DNA from: Eledone cirrhosa
Taxonomy: Eukaryota
Assembly: GCA_964016885.1 (NCBI GenBank)
Contig: OZ024745.1
Location: 29,946,001-30,010,000 of the forward strand
DNA: 64,000 nt
Direction: 5' to 3'
Below the pieces are notes generated by a model. It had not been told where the DNA came from, made no database searches, and saw only the letters and a program-made list of their open reading frames with translations. Both the position numbers and the translations under genes were made by a program. Below, piece by piece: positions 11,189-25,939 of the stretch (its first letter is position 1; each line of letters begins with the position of its first letter).

Positions 11189-13511
11189 ACTGTAGTTGAG
11201 TACATGAGTATTTCATTTGATATATACACAATGTATACTACTGTAGTTGAGTACATGAGTATTTCATTTGATATACACACAATGTATACTACTGTAGTTG
11301 AGTACATGAGTATTTCATTTGATATATACACAATGTATAGTACTGTAGTTGAGTACATGGGTATTTCATTTGATATATACACAATGTATACTACTGTAGT
11401 TGAGTACATGAGTATTTCATTTGATATATACACAATGTATACTACGGTAGTTGAGTACATGGGTATTTCATTTGATATATACACAATGTATAGTACTGTA
11501 GTTGAGTACATGAGTATTTCATTTGATATATACACAATGTATACTACTGTAGTTGAGTACATGGGTATTTCATTTGATATATACACAATGTATAGTACTG
11601 TAGTTGAGTACATGAGTATTTCATTTGATATATACACAATGTATAGTACTGTAGTTGAGTACATGAGTATTTCATTTGATATACACACAATGTATACTAC
11701 TGTAGTTGAGTACATGAGTATTTCATTTGATATATACACAATGTATACTACTATAGTTGAGTACATGGGTATTTCATTTGATATATACACAATGTATACT
11801 ACTGTAGTTGAGTACATGGGTATTTCATTTGATATATACACAATGTATAGTACTGTAGTTGAGTACATGAGTATTTCATTTGATATATACACAATGTATA
11901 GTACTGTAGTTGAGTACATGGGTATTTCATTTGATATATACACAATGTATACTACGGTAGTTGAGTACATGGGTATTTCATTTGATATATACACAATGTA
12001 TACTACTATAGTTGAGTACATGGGTATTTCATTTGATATATACACAATGTATAGTACTGTAGTTGAGTACGTGAGTATTTCATTTGATATATACACAATG
12101 TATACTACTGTAGTTGAGTACATGAGTATTTCATTTGATATACACACAATGTATACTACTGTAGTTGAGTACATGGGTATTTCATTTGATATATACACAA
12201 TGTATACTACTATAGTTGAGTACATGGGTATTTCATTTGATATATACACAATGTATACTACTGTAGTTGAGTACATGAGTATTTCATTTGATATATACAC
12301 AATGTATAGTACTGTAGTTGAGTACATGAGTATTTCATTTGATATATACACAATGTATAGTACTGTAGTTGAGTACATGGGTATTTCATTTGATATATAC
12401 ACAATGTATACTACGGTAGTTGAGTACATGGGTATTTCATTTGATATATACACAATGTATACTACTATAGTTGAGTACATGGGTATTTCATTTGATATAT
12501 ACACAATGTATAGTACTGTAGTTGAGTACGTGAGTATTTCATTTGATATATACACAATGTATACTACTGTAGTTGAGTACATGAGTATTTCATTTGATAT
12601 ATACACAATGTATAGTACTGTAGTTGAGTACATGGGTATTTCATTTGATATATACACAATGTATAGTACTGTAGTTGAGTACATGAGTATTTCATTTGAT
12701 ATATACACAATGTATAGTACTGTAGTTGAGTACATGGGTATTTCATTTGATATATACACAATGTATACTACTGTAGTTGAGTACATGAGTATTTCATTTG
12801 ATATATACACAATGTATAGTACTGTAGTTGAGTACATGGGTATTTCATTTGATATATACACAATGTATAGTACTGTAGTTGAGTACATGGGTATTTCATT
12901 TGATATATACACAATGTATAGTACTGTAGTTGAGTACATGAGTATTTCATTTGATATATACACAATGTATACTACTGTAGTTGAGTACATGAGTATTTCA
13001 TTTGATATATACACAATGTATACTACTGTAGTTGAGTACATGAGTATTTCATTTGATATATACACAATGTATACTACTGTAGTTGAGTACATGAGTATTT
13101 CATTTGATATATACACAATGTATACTACTGTAGTTGAGTACATGAGTATTTCATTTGATATATACACAATGTATACTACTGTAGTTGAGTACATGAGTAT
13201 TTCATTTGATATATACACAATGTATAGTACTGTAGTTGAGTACATGGGTATTTCATTTGATATATACACAATGTATAGTACTGTAGTTGAGTACATGGGT
13301 ATTTCATTTGATATATACACAATGTATACTACTGTAGTTGAGTACATGGGTATTTCATTTGATATATACACAATGTATACTACTGTAGTTGAGTACATGG
13401 GTATTTCATTTGATATATACACAATGTATAGTACGGTAGTTGAGTACATGAGTATTTCATTTGATATATACACAATGTATACTACTGTAGTTGAGTACAT
13501 GGATATTTCAT
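11189..13511. repeat. 51-bp minisatellite, about 45 units
   Basis: Unit ACTGTAGTTGAGTACATGAGTATTTCATTTGATATATACACAATGTATACT with few variant sites. Confidence 0.97.
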
Positions 13512-14099
13512 AAAATTATGATGGAAGGTTTTTTGCTAAACATTTTAAAATAAACAGTATTGTATCCTAGAACTAGGTGTGTTTGGAACATAACTTAAAG
13601 GTTCAAACATAAAATTATGATGAAAGGTTTTTAGATAAATATAAACATTTTAATATAAACATTTTAAAATAAACAGTATTGTATCCTGGAACCAGGTGTG
13701 GTTTTAGGTAGTGTGGTATCAAAAGGGTTATCTAAGCCGTACTTCTTCAAATCTATTTTTAATTTCCTATCAGTTAAAATGTGATAGTTGTAAATTTCAT
13801 TAATAAAATGTTGGAATTTTTTGTAAAAAGTTATTTTATTCATTACAATATTCCATCCCAGTGACAAAAATAACTTTCCTCCTTTTCAATGGTTCCTCAG
13901 GAAATACTAATGTGTTGAGAATAGAGTACTTCTAAATGTCCTTAACTGGCAATTGACTTCATCTGTGACCATGTGTTCAATCTAAGATAGTTACAACAGT
14001 GTTCTTTTAGCCATAGTTGTATGCATCTCACAAGTGACTTGATGTGAGACTGTGTTGAAACTGACACAATTTTTTGTGGAAGAGTCATTTTAGTCACAG

Positions 14100-14525
14100 T
14101 TGTATATGTGTGTTCAAACTAAAACATTACATTGTGAAAGTATACGATCGCGAATACAAGCAGCCAAAATGATGTTCCTCCAAAGGGTCTTTGGAGTAAC
14201 ATTACTTGATAGGGTGTGTAGCTCGGAGATTAAAGAGTCATTCCAAGTAGAGTCGCTGCTTCTCCGAATTGAGAGATCACAGCTCCAATAATATGGACAT
14301 ATGGTTAGAATGTCTAAGGAGAGAATTGTTAAACAGATTTTACGGGTAAAAACAACTGACAGGAGACCCAAAGGTAGTTCACTAGCAATATGATCAGTTA
14401 ACATTCATGAGCTCAGTTGGTCTTGCTTGGAGATACACCTAAATCAATTAGAGACAGTTGCATCTGGAAGGTGTGCTTGAGGATTCTGCCTCCACGGTTA
14501 TCCTAGGAATAAGTGGACAAAGAAG
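14100..14525 (+). mobile_element. RTE-clade LINE 3' fragment
   Basis: SRIQAAKMMFLQRVFGVTLLDRV..LLLRIERSQL*YGHMVRM; related copy at 31850-32230. Confidence 0.75.
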
Positions 14526-16149
14526 AGCTTTAGCCATTTAAAAACAAAAAAAAAAACTGTTAAATTTTTGTAACATTTATTATTTATATCTTTGGGGTCA
14601 GTAACCAAGTTGCAAAGAGTGTGACAAAAATTTTATACTAAGAAATAAACAATAAATGTAAAGTGAATTCAACACAATAGTTTTTGTGCGTGTTTAAGTG
14701 GCTTAAGTGACTTTTCCACAATGTCATTGTTTTCTATGTCTCAGGAAAATATTGTTGCTGTTAGTCCTAGGTGAGACCTCACCACATTGACATATTATTA
14801 ACCCTTTCCTGACCATATTTCTTACAAGAATACAGTGTTACTTTGTGTTTTAACTCTTTTCATACAAAACCACCTGACACCATAACTGTTTTAACCCTTT
14901 AGCATTTAAACCAGCCGTATCCGGCCAGAATTCTGTCACATCTTTCTGTTCAAACCAGCTGTAACTGGCAACTCATACTGATGTTAAGGCATTGTTCTCA
15001 AAATAAATATCAAAATCTCATAGATTTGATATTATGTGAGATAATCATGTGAGGTAAAGTGTTTACCATGAAAATACAATAGAAAATATAAAGTAATGTA
15101 AATGCTAAATTGTTAGTGTTTATCTTTATGTAAAAACCTTCCAGCATAATTGTATGTAAGAATCTGGGTTTAGTTATGCTCTAAACACCAGCTTATTAAT
15201 GAGAAAGTTAGTTATATTACTAAATACATCCACTTTCTTGATTGTATTCAGAATCATAGTTAGTGTACTGCATAAGAAATTAGTAAAAAAAGATTACTCA
15301 TTAAAATAATTGAGAATTTTGAGATGTTTAGTAAAATACTTTCAACTTAATAATGAATGACATATTTTACACACACATAGTGTGTGCCTGTGGTGTGAAG
15401 ACCAGGAAGACCACAAGAGTAGTACTTGATGTATGATGGAATTCAGTGGGTATATTAATGAAGTAATGGTCTGACCATAAGCTCTGCGGTTTCAGCTTGT
15501 TAACCCATCCAAGTTTATTTCCATTACCTCATTAATATGTATATATGTATGCATATGTAAATGTCTATGTAAACCATTTGATCAACTGTGTGTGTAAATC
15601 AATAGATTCAGTGTGTGTGCTGTTAATTTCAATCTCCATCCTAAAGAATGTCATGTCACATCACTGCTTGCATCTTTCTTCTCCTCTCCCTTCCTCTCCA
15701 CTGTAGCGTGACAGCCTCTCTTTGTTCAGTGGGGTGTGGGGGGAGGTGTGTGTGTGGCATTCCTGGAATCTGGTATTTTCCAGAGTTCCAAGATAAAACA
15801 ACTTTGTCTCTCTCTCTCAAACACATGCACACATACAATATTACAGCTCTTAACACTCAGTATAACACATACAACAACACTATCGCACGCAAGTACACAA
15901 CATAAAACTATCACCCCCACAACACACACACTCTAACACAGACAATTACGCACCTAGTTGTCAACCAATGACACAAAAGAATCCATGAAAATTGTGGAAT
16001 TCCTCCTCATTTCTCTGACTGTTGGGATTCCATTCTGGAGAGACATTCCATTGTGTGGTGGTAGGGAAAGTAGTGTGGGTGTTGTTGTCAATAGTGATGG
16101 TGGTGATGACGGCTGCTGTGCTGATGTTATTCTTGGTGATGTCACTTCT

Positions 16150-17385
16150 GTGGTTAGTGGTGGTGGCTGTGTTGGTATTTGTACTGTAGTTGCTGTTGAT
16201 GCCTGTACTGTGGTAGTGGTGGCTGTGTTGGTATTTGTACTCTAGTTGTTGTTGATGCCTGTACTGTGGTAGTGGTGGCTGTGTTGGTATTTGTACTCTA
16301 GTTGTTGTTGATGCCTGTACTGTGGTAGTGGTGGCTGTGTTGGTATTTGTACTGTAGTTGTTGTTGCCTGTACTGTAGTGGTGGTGGTGACTGCTGATAT
16401 TTGTACTCTAGTTGTTGATGCCTGTACTGTGGTAGTGGTGGCTGTGTTGGTATTTGTACTCTAGTTATTGTTGATGCCTGTACTGTGGTAGTGGTGGCTG
16501 TGTTGGTATTTGTACTCTAGTTGTTGTTGATGCCTGTGCTGTGGTAGTGGTGGCTGTGTTGGTATTTGTACTCTAGTTGCTGTTGATGCCTGTACTGTGG
16601 TAGTGGTGGCTGTGTTGGTATTTGTACTCTAGTTGTTGTTGATGCCTGTACTGTGGTAGTGGTGGCTGTGTTGGTATTTGTACTCTAGTTGTTGTTGATG
16701 CCTGTACTGTGGTAGTGGTGGCTGTGTTGGTATTTGTACTCTAGTTGTTGTTGATGCCTGTACTGTGGTAGTGGTGGCTGTGTTGGTATTTGTACTCTAG
16801 TTGTTGTTGATGCCTGTACTGTGGTAGTGGTGGCTGTGTTGGTATTTGTACTCTAGTTGTTGATGCCTGTGCTGTGGTAGTGGTGGCTGTGTTGGTATTT
16901 GTACTCTAGTTGCTGTTGATGCCTGTACTGTGGTAGTGGTGGCTGTGTTGGTATTTGTACTCTAGTTGTTGATGCCTGTACTGTAGTGGTGGTGACTGTG
17001 CTGATATTTGTACTCTAGTTGTTGATGCCTGTACTGTGGTAGTGGTGGCTGTGTTGGTATTTGTACTCTAGTTGTTGATGCTTGTACTGTGGTAGTGGTG
17101 GCTGTGTTGGTATTTGTACTCTAGTTGTTGATGCCTGTACTGTGGTAGTGGTGGCTGCTGATATTTGTACTCTAGTTGTTGATGCCTGTACTGTGGTAGT
17201 GGTGGCTGCTGATATTTGTACTCTAGTTGTTGATGCCTGTACTGTGGTAGTGGTGGCTGCTGATATTTGTACTCTAGTTGTTGATGCCTGTACTGTGGTA
17301 GTGGTGGCTGTGTTGGTATTTGTACTCTAGTTGTTGATGCCTGTACTGTGGTAGTGGTGGCTGCTGATATTTGTACTGTTGTTGT
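16150..17385. repeat. Minisatellite with 56/53/51-bp units, about 22 units
   Basis: Unit GTTGTTGTTGATGCCTGTACTGTGGTAGTGGTGGCTGTGTTGGTATTTGTACTCTA and shorter variants. Confidence 0.95.
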
Positions 17386-19764
17386 CTATACTGTGGCTAG
17401 TGGTTATCAAGTAATTCTGTTTGTGGGTTACATGTGGGCTAGCCCTGTTAATTGAGAGCACTCTGTGGGCTCACTGTCGTAGTGGTGCAATTCTGTTGTA
17501 GTGAGGGTCGTTATTAACTTTAGTGTGTAAAATGGGTTAACTGTAGAATAATAACTATGTTGTAATTTGGAACATAAAGGTTCTTACTTAAATTTTAGGT
17601 TAATATCAATACTTTATAATGAACAGTTTTGTATCCTAGAGCCAGGGTGGAGGTGGGTGTTAACCTTGTTTAGGGGGAATAACCACCTATTTCAATTTTG
17701 TGATGAAAAGCAAAGTTGATGTTTAATGACAGGTGGGAAATTACTAATAACACACCTATGTATCTGACACAAACCTATATATCTCTTGCGCATACACACG
17801 TCACCCAGTGACTAGAATAATATCATCAGGTTATTGATCTCTCTCTCACTCACTCTCTCTTACTTGGTATCTCTCTCTCTTTCTCTCTCTCTCTCAGTTT
17901 CTCCTCTCCGTCTTCTCTCTCTCTGATTGGAATTTTATTGTGGAAGTTCCTCACATATATACCACCACCCTTGCCACTGTCATCACCATGACTATCATTA
18001 CCAATATCTATCACCACCACTACCACCACCACCACAATCACCACCAATAACAACCACTATCATCACAATCACCACCAATAACATGCACCACCACCACTAC
18101 CACCAACAGTTTATTTTTTCCTCATTATTTGCTGATAAAAATCTTCTAATTAATCAGGCAAGTTCACAATGTTGACATTATAAATACTGTTAAGAAGTTA
18201 TTTCATGTTCTGTTCCTCTCTCAGAATCTCATTGTGTTAACTCTCAGATTGAAATGACAATTCTCAATTTAAAGTCATAAAGTCTCACTTTGAAATCTTT
18301 AATCTCACTTTGAATTGATGTGTTCCCACTTAGGATTACAAATACTGTAGTTAGATTGAAAGCATTATTTTACGGCCTGAGTTCAAATCCCGCTGAGGTT
18401 AACTTTGCTGTTCATCCTTATGGGGTCAATAAAATAAAGCACCAGTAGTGCACTGGGGTAATTGCTGGCTTTGTGCCAAAAGTAGAAACAATTATTAGAA
18501 CGTTGGACACAATGCTTCGTGGTATTTGTTCTGGCTCTCTGAGCTCAAATCTTGCTGGAATCAACTTTGCCTTTTATTCTTTCAAGGTCAATAAATAAAG
18601 TGTCAATCCAATACTGGAATTGATTCTTGTATATCTCTTTCCCACTTCTACACTCCCTTTCTCTCTCTCTGGAAGAAATCTGCTGTATTCAGACCAGAAG
18701 AGGGATGATCTTTTCCAGGTTTAAATCCCCAAGACATGCCATTTGTCATGATAGTGCCCCTATAATTCTATCAGGAGTTAAAAGAGCTCATGGCACTGCA
18801 TAGTAGTTAGATTAAATCACAGCACACCACATTTCTGCATATCCACCCACCATAATTTTCCTGGGAAATCACTCTTGATGCTTGACATACTGCAATATTT
18901 TAGCAGAAAATATCTAAAAACCAGTTTGTTAATTCTAATGTTTATAGGATTTTCACAAATCTACAAAGCATTGTGAAAATTTGCAATATTTAAAATAAAG
19001 ACTTTAATTTTTAATGTGCCATCATAGTGCTGTTTTGCACTTTTCAAGAATGCCTTGCTGATGTGGTACAGGATGTTAATCTTTCATTACCACATTCTCT
19101 GTGAAAGCCACTATAATTTTCAAAACATAAATCTATCTCGTGTAGATAATTGTTCTCACTTGGGGATCTGGCTGGATTAATTGGTGATGGTTGCTTCTGA
19201 TAGGACATTTTAGGACTTTGCCCCCACAAGCATTCCAGGAATAAGTGGGAAAAGATTAAAAATTAAGGATTTAGTAATATAACTTTCTTATTATTAAGTT
19301 GGTATTTGGAACAGGATTCTTACATAAAATTATAATGGAAGATTTTCAGATAAATATAAATGTTAAAACAAAGTGCATAGTGTAAAACCAGGGGCTGTTT
19401 CAGGTGGGTTGGTAGCAAAGGGGTTAAGAACTAAACAGGCTAAAAGTTGCTGAGCTGGCAGCTGGGAGTAGTTTGTAGATAACGGCTGTTATCTGGGTGA
19501 CATAATATATATATATATATGTGTGTGTGTATGTAAATATATATAGGGTAGGGAGATGGGGATGGAAAGTGTTTTAATACCCTCTGCTTCTGTTGGAGAT
19601 AAGACAGGGGTGGGAGGGGACAGCTGTTGGTGTATGTGTAGAGGGCAGATTTTGTGGGGTGGGGGATAGATACAGAGGAGGAGGGGCACGTCATTTTGTT
19701 GAATGTATAACTAAGGAGGCAGAGATCTGAGCAGCTGGATTGAAAAGGTTGTGTGTGTATATAT

Positions 19765-19822
<58 letters not shown>

Positions 19823-21029
19823 TATTGGTGGGTACATAAGAGGTGTAGTGTTATAACAGGAAGGGAAGACTTTGTATGTAGTAGATGTTTAGGGTCAATT
19901 GATAGTAAAAGTGCCAATAATAATAAAATAAATAATATAAACCTTTTCCAATCCCAGGAAGGATCCATAGAAGTAGTTGATAGCTTCTGCTACCTAATTT
20001 ACAGCGGAGGAAGGTGATTAGAGAACATAGTAGCTAGAATAAGGAGAGGATGGAAGAAGTTTAGGGAGTTGCTACCTGTGTTGACTACAAAAAGGTTCCT
20101 CCCTGCAATAGCTGTATGATGCCATGTTGCAAGTAATCTCAGGGAAAAGCGGACGAAAAATGATGATGAGATATATATATATATATTATATATATATATA
20201 TCATATATATAAAGTATAGTTTGTGACCTTATTTATAATTTAGGAAATATTACATGTGCAAGTATGGCTGAGTGGTTAAGGAGTTTGCTTCTCAATATGC
20301 TTGTTCTGGCTCTAGTCTCCCAGTTTGTAAGATGTCTTCTATAGTGACCTTCGGTTGACCAGTACTTTGTGAGTAGAATTTGGTTGAAAGAGGGTGCTGA
20401 AGCCTACCATGTATATATCTGTGTGTGTGTTAATGTCTCTTTACATTTGTGTCTGTGCTTGTGTTTATGGTTTGATGAGGAAGATAGTGTGTATCAGGCT
20501 TGAAAACATAAGTGCTGGGGTTGACTATGATTGACTGAAAACTAAAGTGGTGCCACAGCATGGCCACAGTCTGAGTGAAACAAGGAAAAAATAAAAGTCA
20601 ATTATATCAACCTCAATGTATGACTGGTACTGAGAAGGAGGGTGAGGGTGTTAGTAAAATCTGAAATAGTTGATGTCATGAACATTTAACATCATGTAAT
20701 GTTTGTTAATTGAAATGTTTATAGTATCTTTATTAGTGAACTATTTGTAGCATTTAAGTAAAAACTTTAATGTTTAATGTGATGTAGTTGTAGTGCTGTT
20801 TTGTACTTTTCAAGAATGTCTTGTTAATGTGGTACAGGATATTAAGAGTAAATCAGTGGTGATGAGGAGGAGAAGAAGGAGAAGAGTCTTTGTAAAAATA
20901 TGAAATAGTTGAAATTTTTAATATCCTGTGTAGGGAGAGAGTACTTTAGTAAAGTTTTTGACTTTTGATAAAAAGAAATGAAATATTTTAATTTTTATTT
21001 CCTGTTTTTAAGATGAGAAACTTTTGTGT

Positions 21030-21350
21030 TGGTGATGGTGAAAATGATAGTGGTGGTGGCGGTGGTGATATTTAAGGTGGTGGTGGCAGTGGTGGTGGTA
21101 GTGATAATGGTAAGGATGATGTGGTGATGGTGATATTTAAGGTGGTAGTGATAATGGTAAGGATGATGGTGGTGATGGCGGTAAAGACGGTAATGATTGT
21201 GTTGGAGATGGTGTTGATAATGGTGATTGTAGTGTTAATGGTGGTAAGGAAGACAATGATGTTGGTGTTGGTAATAATAGTGGTGATGGTGATGATGATA
21301 ATGGTGGTGATGATGGTAATGTTGATGGTAGCAATTGTGATGGTGGTAAT
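21030..21350. repeat. (GGT/GAT)n low-complexity tract
   Basis: Imperfect trinucleotide repeat; complementary-type tract at 17960-18105. Confidence 0.8.
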
Positions 21351-24300
21351 TTGTATGTTTAAATTCCACTGTAATTTGGTACAAAGCTGCTTCTCCCATT
21401 TAAAAATTAATTAAAGAAAAGAAAAGAAACGTAGAGAGGTATATTATATGGAAAATAAATGTTAAATTATGATTTTATATATATAAAATCATCATTTAAC
21501 ATTTATTTTCCATGCTTGCATGGGTTAGACTGTTGTCACATGCTGCGGTCTGACTGTTCAGGTGACTAGGTCCTACTCATATGCTTTGTTTTCTACAGCT
21601 GGATGCCTTTCTTAACACCAATCTCTTTACAGTGTGAACAGAGAACATGGTTTATATGGCTTGATGCCCTTCCCAACACCAACCACTTTACAGCATGTAT
21701 TGGGAGCATGGTTTCTATGGCTGTGTGCTCTTTTTAATGTCAACCACTTTACAGCGTATACTGTGATCATTTTATCATGACTCTGACAATAACCACCTTA
21801 CAGGATGGACTGGGTGCTTTTCATTGTGACACCAGCACTAGAGTGCTCAGTGTACTTGATCTTGCTGAGGGATCATCTGGCCAAACAAATGCTGAGGATC
21901 ACAATTTGTCACTATACTACACTGGTTAATGTTGGCCTGATCTATAAAACCCAGTTCAGTTCTCAGTAAAAGCCATACATTTTTACATTCTTCACAACAG
22001 TGGGTCTAATATACTGGTATTTCTTGTATTGTTACACAATCATTAGTGGTGTTCTTTCATATAGGATGCAACCTGCATTGTTTTTTTTTACTCTTTTTTA
22101 CTGTTTCTTGTTCTTATTTGTCTGTCTGTGTATATGTCTAGTCAATCTATCACTCCTACTCTCTCCCTCTTTCTCCCCCTTTCTATATACCCCATGTTCA
22201 ATAGTCTATCCAATTAGGATCTACCAAACTATTTTAATTACCCCACTGTTACACTCCCATCCCAGTTGATTAACAGATGTATTAGTCATATCAGGACATC
22301 ACAAGTCACCATGGCAACCAGCACTCCTCCTTCCCAATCCCCTTCCTCTTCCAGTGTAGGTGTTTTTACTGGAGTTTACCTCTATCATTAATTTATTATT
22401 TCACATACACACACACTCTGCCTCTCTCTCTCTCTCTCTCTGGTTAGTCACAGGTTATGAGGGAGAGATTGGAGTGGTGTAATGGTTGCTGTGTGTGTAT
22501 ATGACTTATAGGTGTGGGGGCGGTCTCTTCTGTTCTGAATCATCCATGCATTACATTTGATATCTTTCTTTCTGCACTTAAGATTGTAATGTATTAATAC
22601 ACACACTATGTGTATGTGTGTGTATGTGTGAATGTATATATGTATGTGTGTGTATCATCATCACTGTTCAATGTCCATTTTTCTACGCTAGCATGGGTTA
22701 GACGAGTTGTCTCATTGTCAGATAAGTTTGATCATACAGAACTGTTTCTGGATTAGTTTTTACAGCTGGATACCCTTCCTAACACCAACCACATTTTCAC
22801 CGTGGTCTGGGTCCTACCTGTTGTGGCACCAATATCACCAGGTTTAACTGGGTGCTTTTTGTCATGTCACCAATATGTCTTTCCTTAGAAATATGGTAAT
22901 GAAAGTGTTAAAAAAAAACCATCCAATATAATTTTTGTTAAGTTATGCTCTAAACACCAGCTTAATAACAAGAAAGTTATATTGCTAAACCCCTCTAAAT
23001 TCCTGATTATTTTCAAAATAATTTTGTACTTGACTGGTGCTTTAGTTTATCTACCCCTAAAGGATTAAAGGCAAAGTTAACCTCAGCTGGGACTTGAATT
23101 CAAAGCCGGAAAATATACCACGTACCAATTATCTGATGCTCTAACGATTCTGCCAATCCACTGCCCTGAGCAAAATAATTATATTACTAAATCCCTCCAA
23201 ATTCTTAATTATTTTCCAAAAGATTTGAAAATCATGGTCACTGTCTTACTATAGAAATAGGGTAGTGAAAGCATGAAAGTGTTTATATTTATCTAAAAAC
23301 CTTCCATCATAATTTTATGTAAGAACCTTTATGAAGTTATGTTCCAGCTTAATGAGAAAAGTAATTATATTGCTAAAATCCTCAAAATTCTTAATTACTT
23401 TCAAAACAATTTGAAAACCTTAAGCAGCGTCTTTCAATAGAACTATGGTAGTGAAAGGGTAAAATAGTGTGCGCACACACATACGGTGCCATAAGTGTAT
23501 ATCAATGTTAGATTTCTTCATATAAAAGGGGGGGGGGGAAGGTGGCCGAAGGATGTGTCTACTTGAGGCTGGGTGTGGAACTTTCTGTTAAAGAACTTTC
23601 CACACACTTGTGAATTTCCTGCCCACCCCACTTCTCTAAACCTTACTTAAAGACCTTAGTTCTCATATGGTTATGTGTGTGTCTGTTGATTTTTATTTTT
23701 TTTATTTTTGTTTGGATATGAGTATATATGTGTTGGTTTTGGGTGTGTGCCTGGTGGATAGATTTTGCCTAGCTTAACCTTTTTGATACTAACCGGTCCT
23801 AAACTGCCCCTAGTTCTATGAAACAAAACCATCCATTTGATGGGGTTCCTATTTAGATTAAAACCTTCCAGCCTTATTTCATATAATAAGTTTTTGTTAT
23901 GTTACAAATATCATGATGTTAATAACAAAATAATTTATGATCTCAGTAAATCTCTCCAAATACTTCATTGGATATTGAAGATGCATGGTTTAGTGGTTAG
24001 GGTGTTGGACTTCCAATTCCTGGACTAGGTAGAGCATTGTGTTCTTGAGCAAGGCTCTTCATTTCAAATTGCTTTTCTGGGGCTCCTAACATTAAAACAC
24101 CCGAGAAACCGTAATCTTATAGGCGTCTGACTAAACCTACATAGATGTAAGCTGTAACAACAATATGATAGGAATGGATCCTCCATGAGATGTACCTTTG
24201 TAGGAGGTTAGCTAAACCTATGTCTGATGTGAGCCCAAACAACAACAAGTACTGGTATGTGATATGACTGGCCCCTATGAGATGTAACCTTATGTGATGC

Positions 24301-25939
24301 CAGCTAAATTTATGTATAGTGTCTGGGTCCTAACGAGTGTTGGTCTACAGACCCCCAAAGTTAGTTTTTTTTTTTATCAAAATGTGTGCCAAGGACATTG
24401 AGAATTGGCATATCACTAGTGGTCAAGTGTCTGGTTGTGTAGTTTGGTGTGGTGGTGGTGATGTATTATAATGGTTGAAGAGATGGTGTAGTGGTGATAG
24501 TCTGGTGGGAGAGAAAGTGATGCTAATGTTGGTTGTGCTGCTGCAGTTGTGATGGTGTGGAGGTGGGGGCAATGGTAGCAGAGCAGGTGGTGATGGTGAG
24601 GGCAGTGAAGGAAATGGCAGTGGTGGTGGGGGTGCTGGCTGGAGGAGTGGTGTGGTGATGGTAGTGTCTGAGTGCTACCAGTGTTTGTAGATTAATTAAC
24701 TATTAACTATGTATGTCAAATAGTAGTAATAGTGGTAGTAGTACAGTTTCTACTAGCTACACATAAACAACAAAATTAAAATTGGATGTCAGAGACCTAT
24801 TAAGGAGACATGGTGGACTTAATAAGTGCATCATCATCATCATAGACATTTTCTATGCTTGAACAGGTTAGACAAGTTGTCATGTTATGAGACAAGTCAG
24901 GTGAGGTGACTAGGTTTTACTTGGATCTGTTTCTGGTTTGGTTTCTATGGCTGGATGCCCTCTCTAATATCAACTGCATTACAGTGTGGACTGATGTTTT
25001 ATTGTTGTACCAGCATGACAACCTTACAAGGTGGACTGGTCCTTTTTTGTCATGGCACCAGCATATATATATATATATATATATACATACATACAAGTGG
25101 AAGCTTAGTAAAATTGAAGCTTTGGCTGTGGCCAAGCAAAGTCGACCTACAATAAGTAGCAAAGCACTCAATAAGGGTAGGTCCTTAGAGTAATAACATT
25201 ACGTTTAGCTTGACAAATAGCTTGACAAATTGAAAATTGCGGTAGCCAACCATACAATACCAAAACAACGAAAGAACTAATCAGGTTAAAACAATATATA
25301 TGTATATATATATATGTTATGTGAGTGTGTGTGTGTGTGTTTATATGCACACACACATATACATATATAAACAGATTCATACACAGTTTTGTGGACATAC
25401 CTAACAACGCTATTATCACTCTCACACACACACATATATATGCAAGCATGGGAAATAGACGTTAAATAATGATGATAATGTTGATATACACATATACATA
25501 AATATATTTTTGCCCATTTATTCCTGAGAGGGTTGTGGGGGCAGAGTCATCAAACACCCCTTTCAGCGACTCCTGTCAGAAGCAATGGTTTTCCAATTGA
25601 GGTCAGCAGAACCCATGCATATTATTCAAACATCTTGCTCAGGGTCTACTCCTGGGTCTCCTGTCTGTTGGTTTTGCCTGTAAAATCTGTGGTGGATGTT
25701 CTTATAGAGAGAGGCTGAGCTATCAACTGATCTTCATTTAGTTATCTGCAACATACATAAATATATTATATATATATATAAAATCATCATTACCATTGTT
25801 TAACATCCACTTTCCACGCTAACAAGGGTTAGACAGGTTGTCCCATTTGATGCAAGTTGGGTCAGGTGACTGTGTCTTGCTTATATAGAACTGTTTCTAG
25901 CTAAATAGCTACAGTTGGATGCCCTTCCTAACACCAACC

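Noticed and set aside
10849-13513. 883-aa (-) and 813-aa (+) ORFs
   Set aside because: Translations of a 51-bp (3n) tandem repeat open on both strands, lying in an intron with no splice or domain support.
15954-17385. Thr-rich mucin-like minus-strand reading of the 56-bp array
   Set aside because: Main units of 56 and 53 bp are not multiples of 3, so no frame is maintained.
19005-20845. Local repeat pair of about 80 bp (19005-19085 and 20765-20845)
   Set aside because: Diverged short duplication with no ORF, splice or structural signal.
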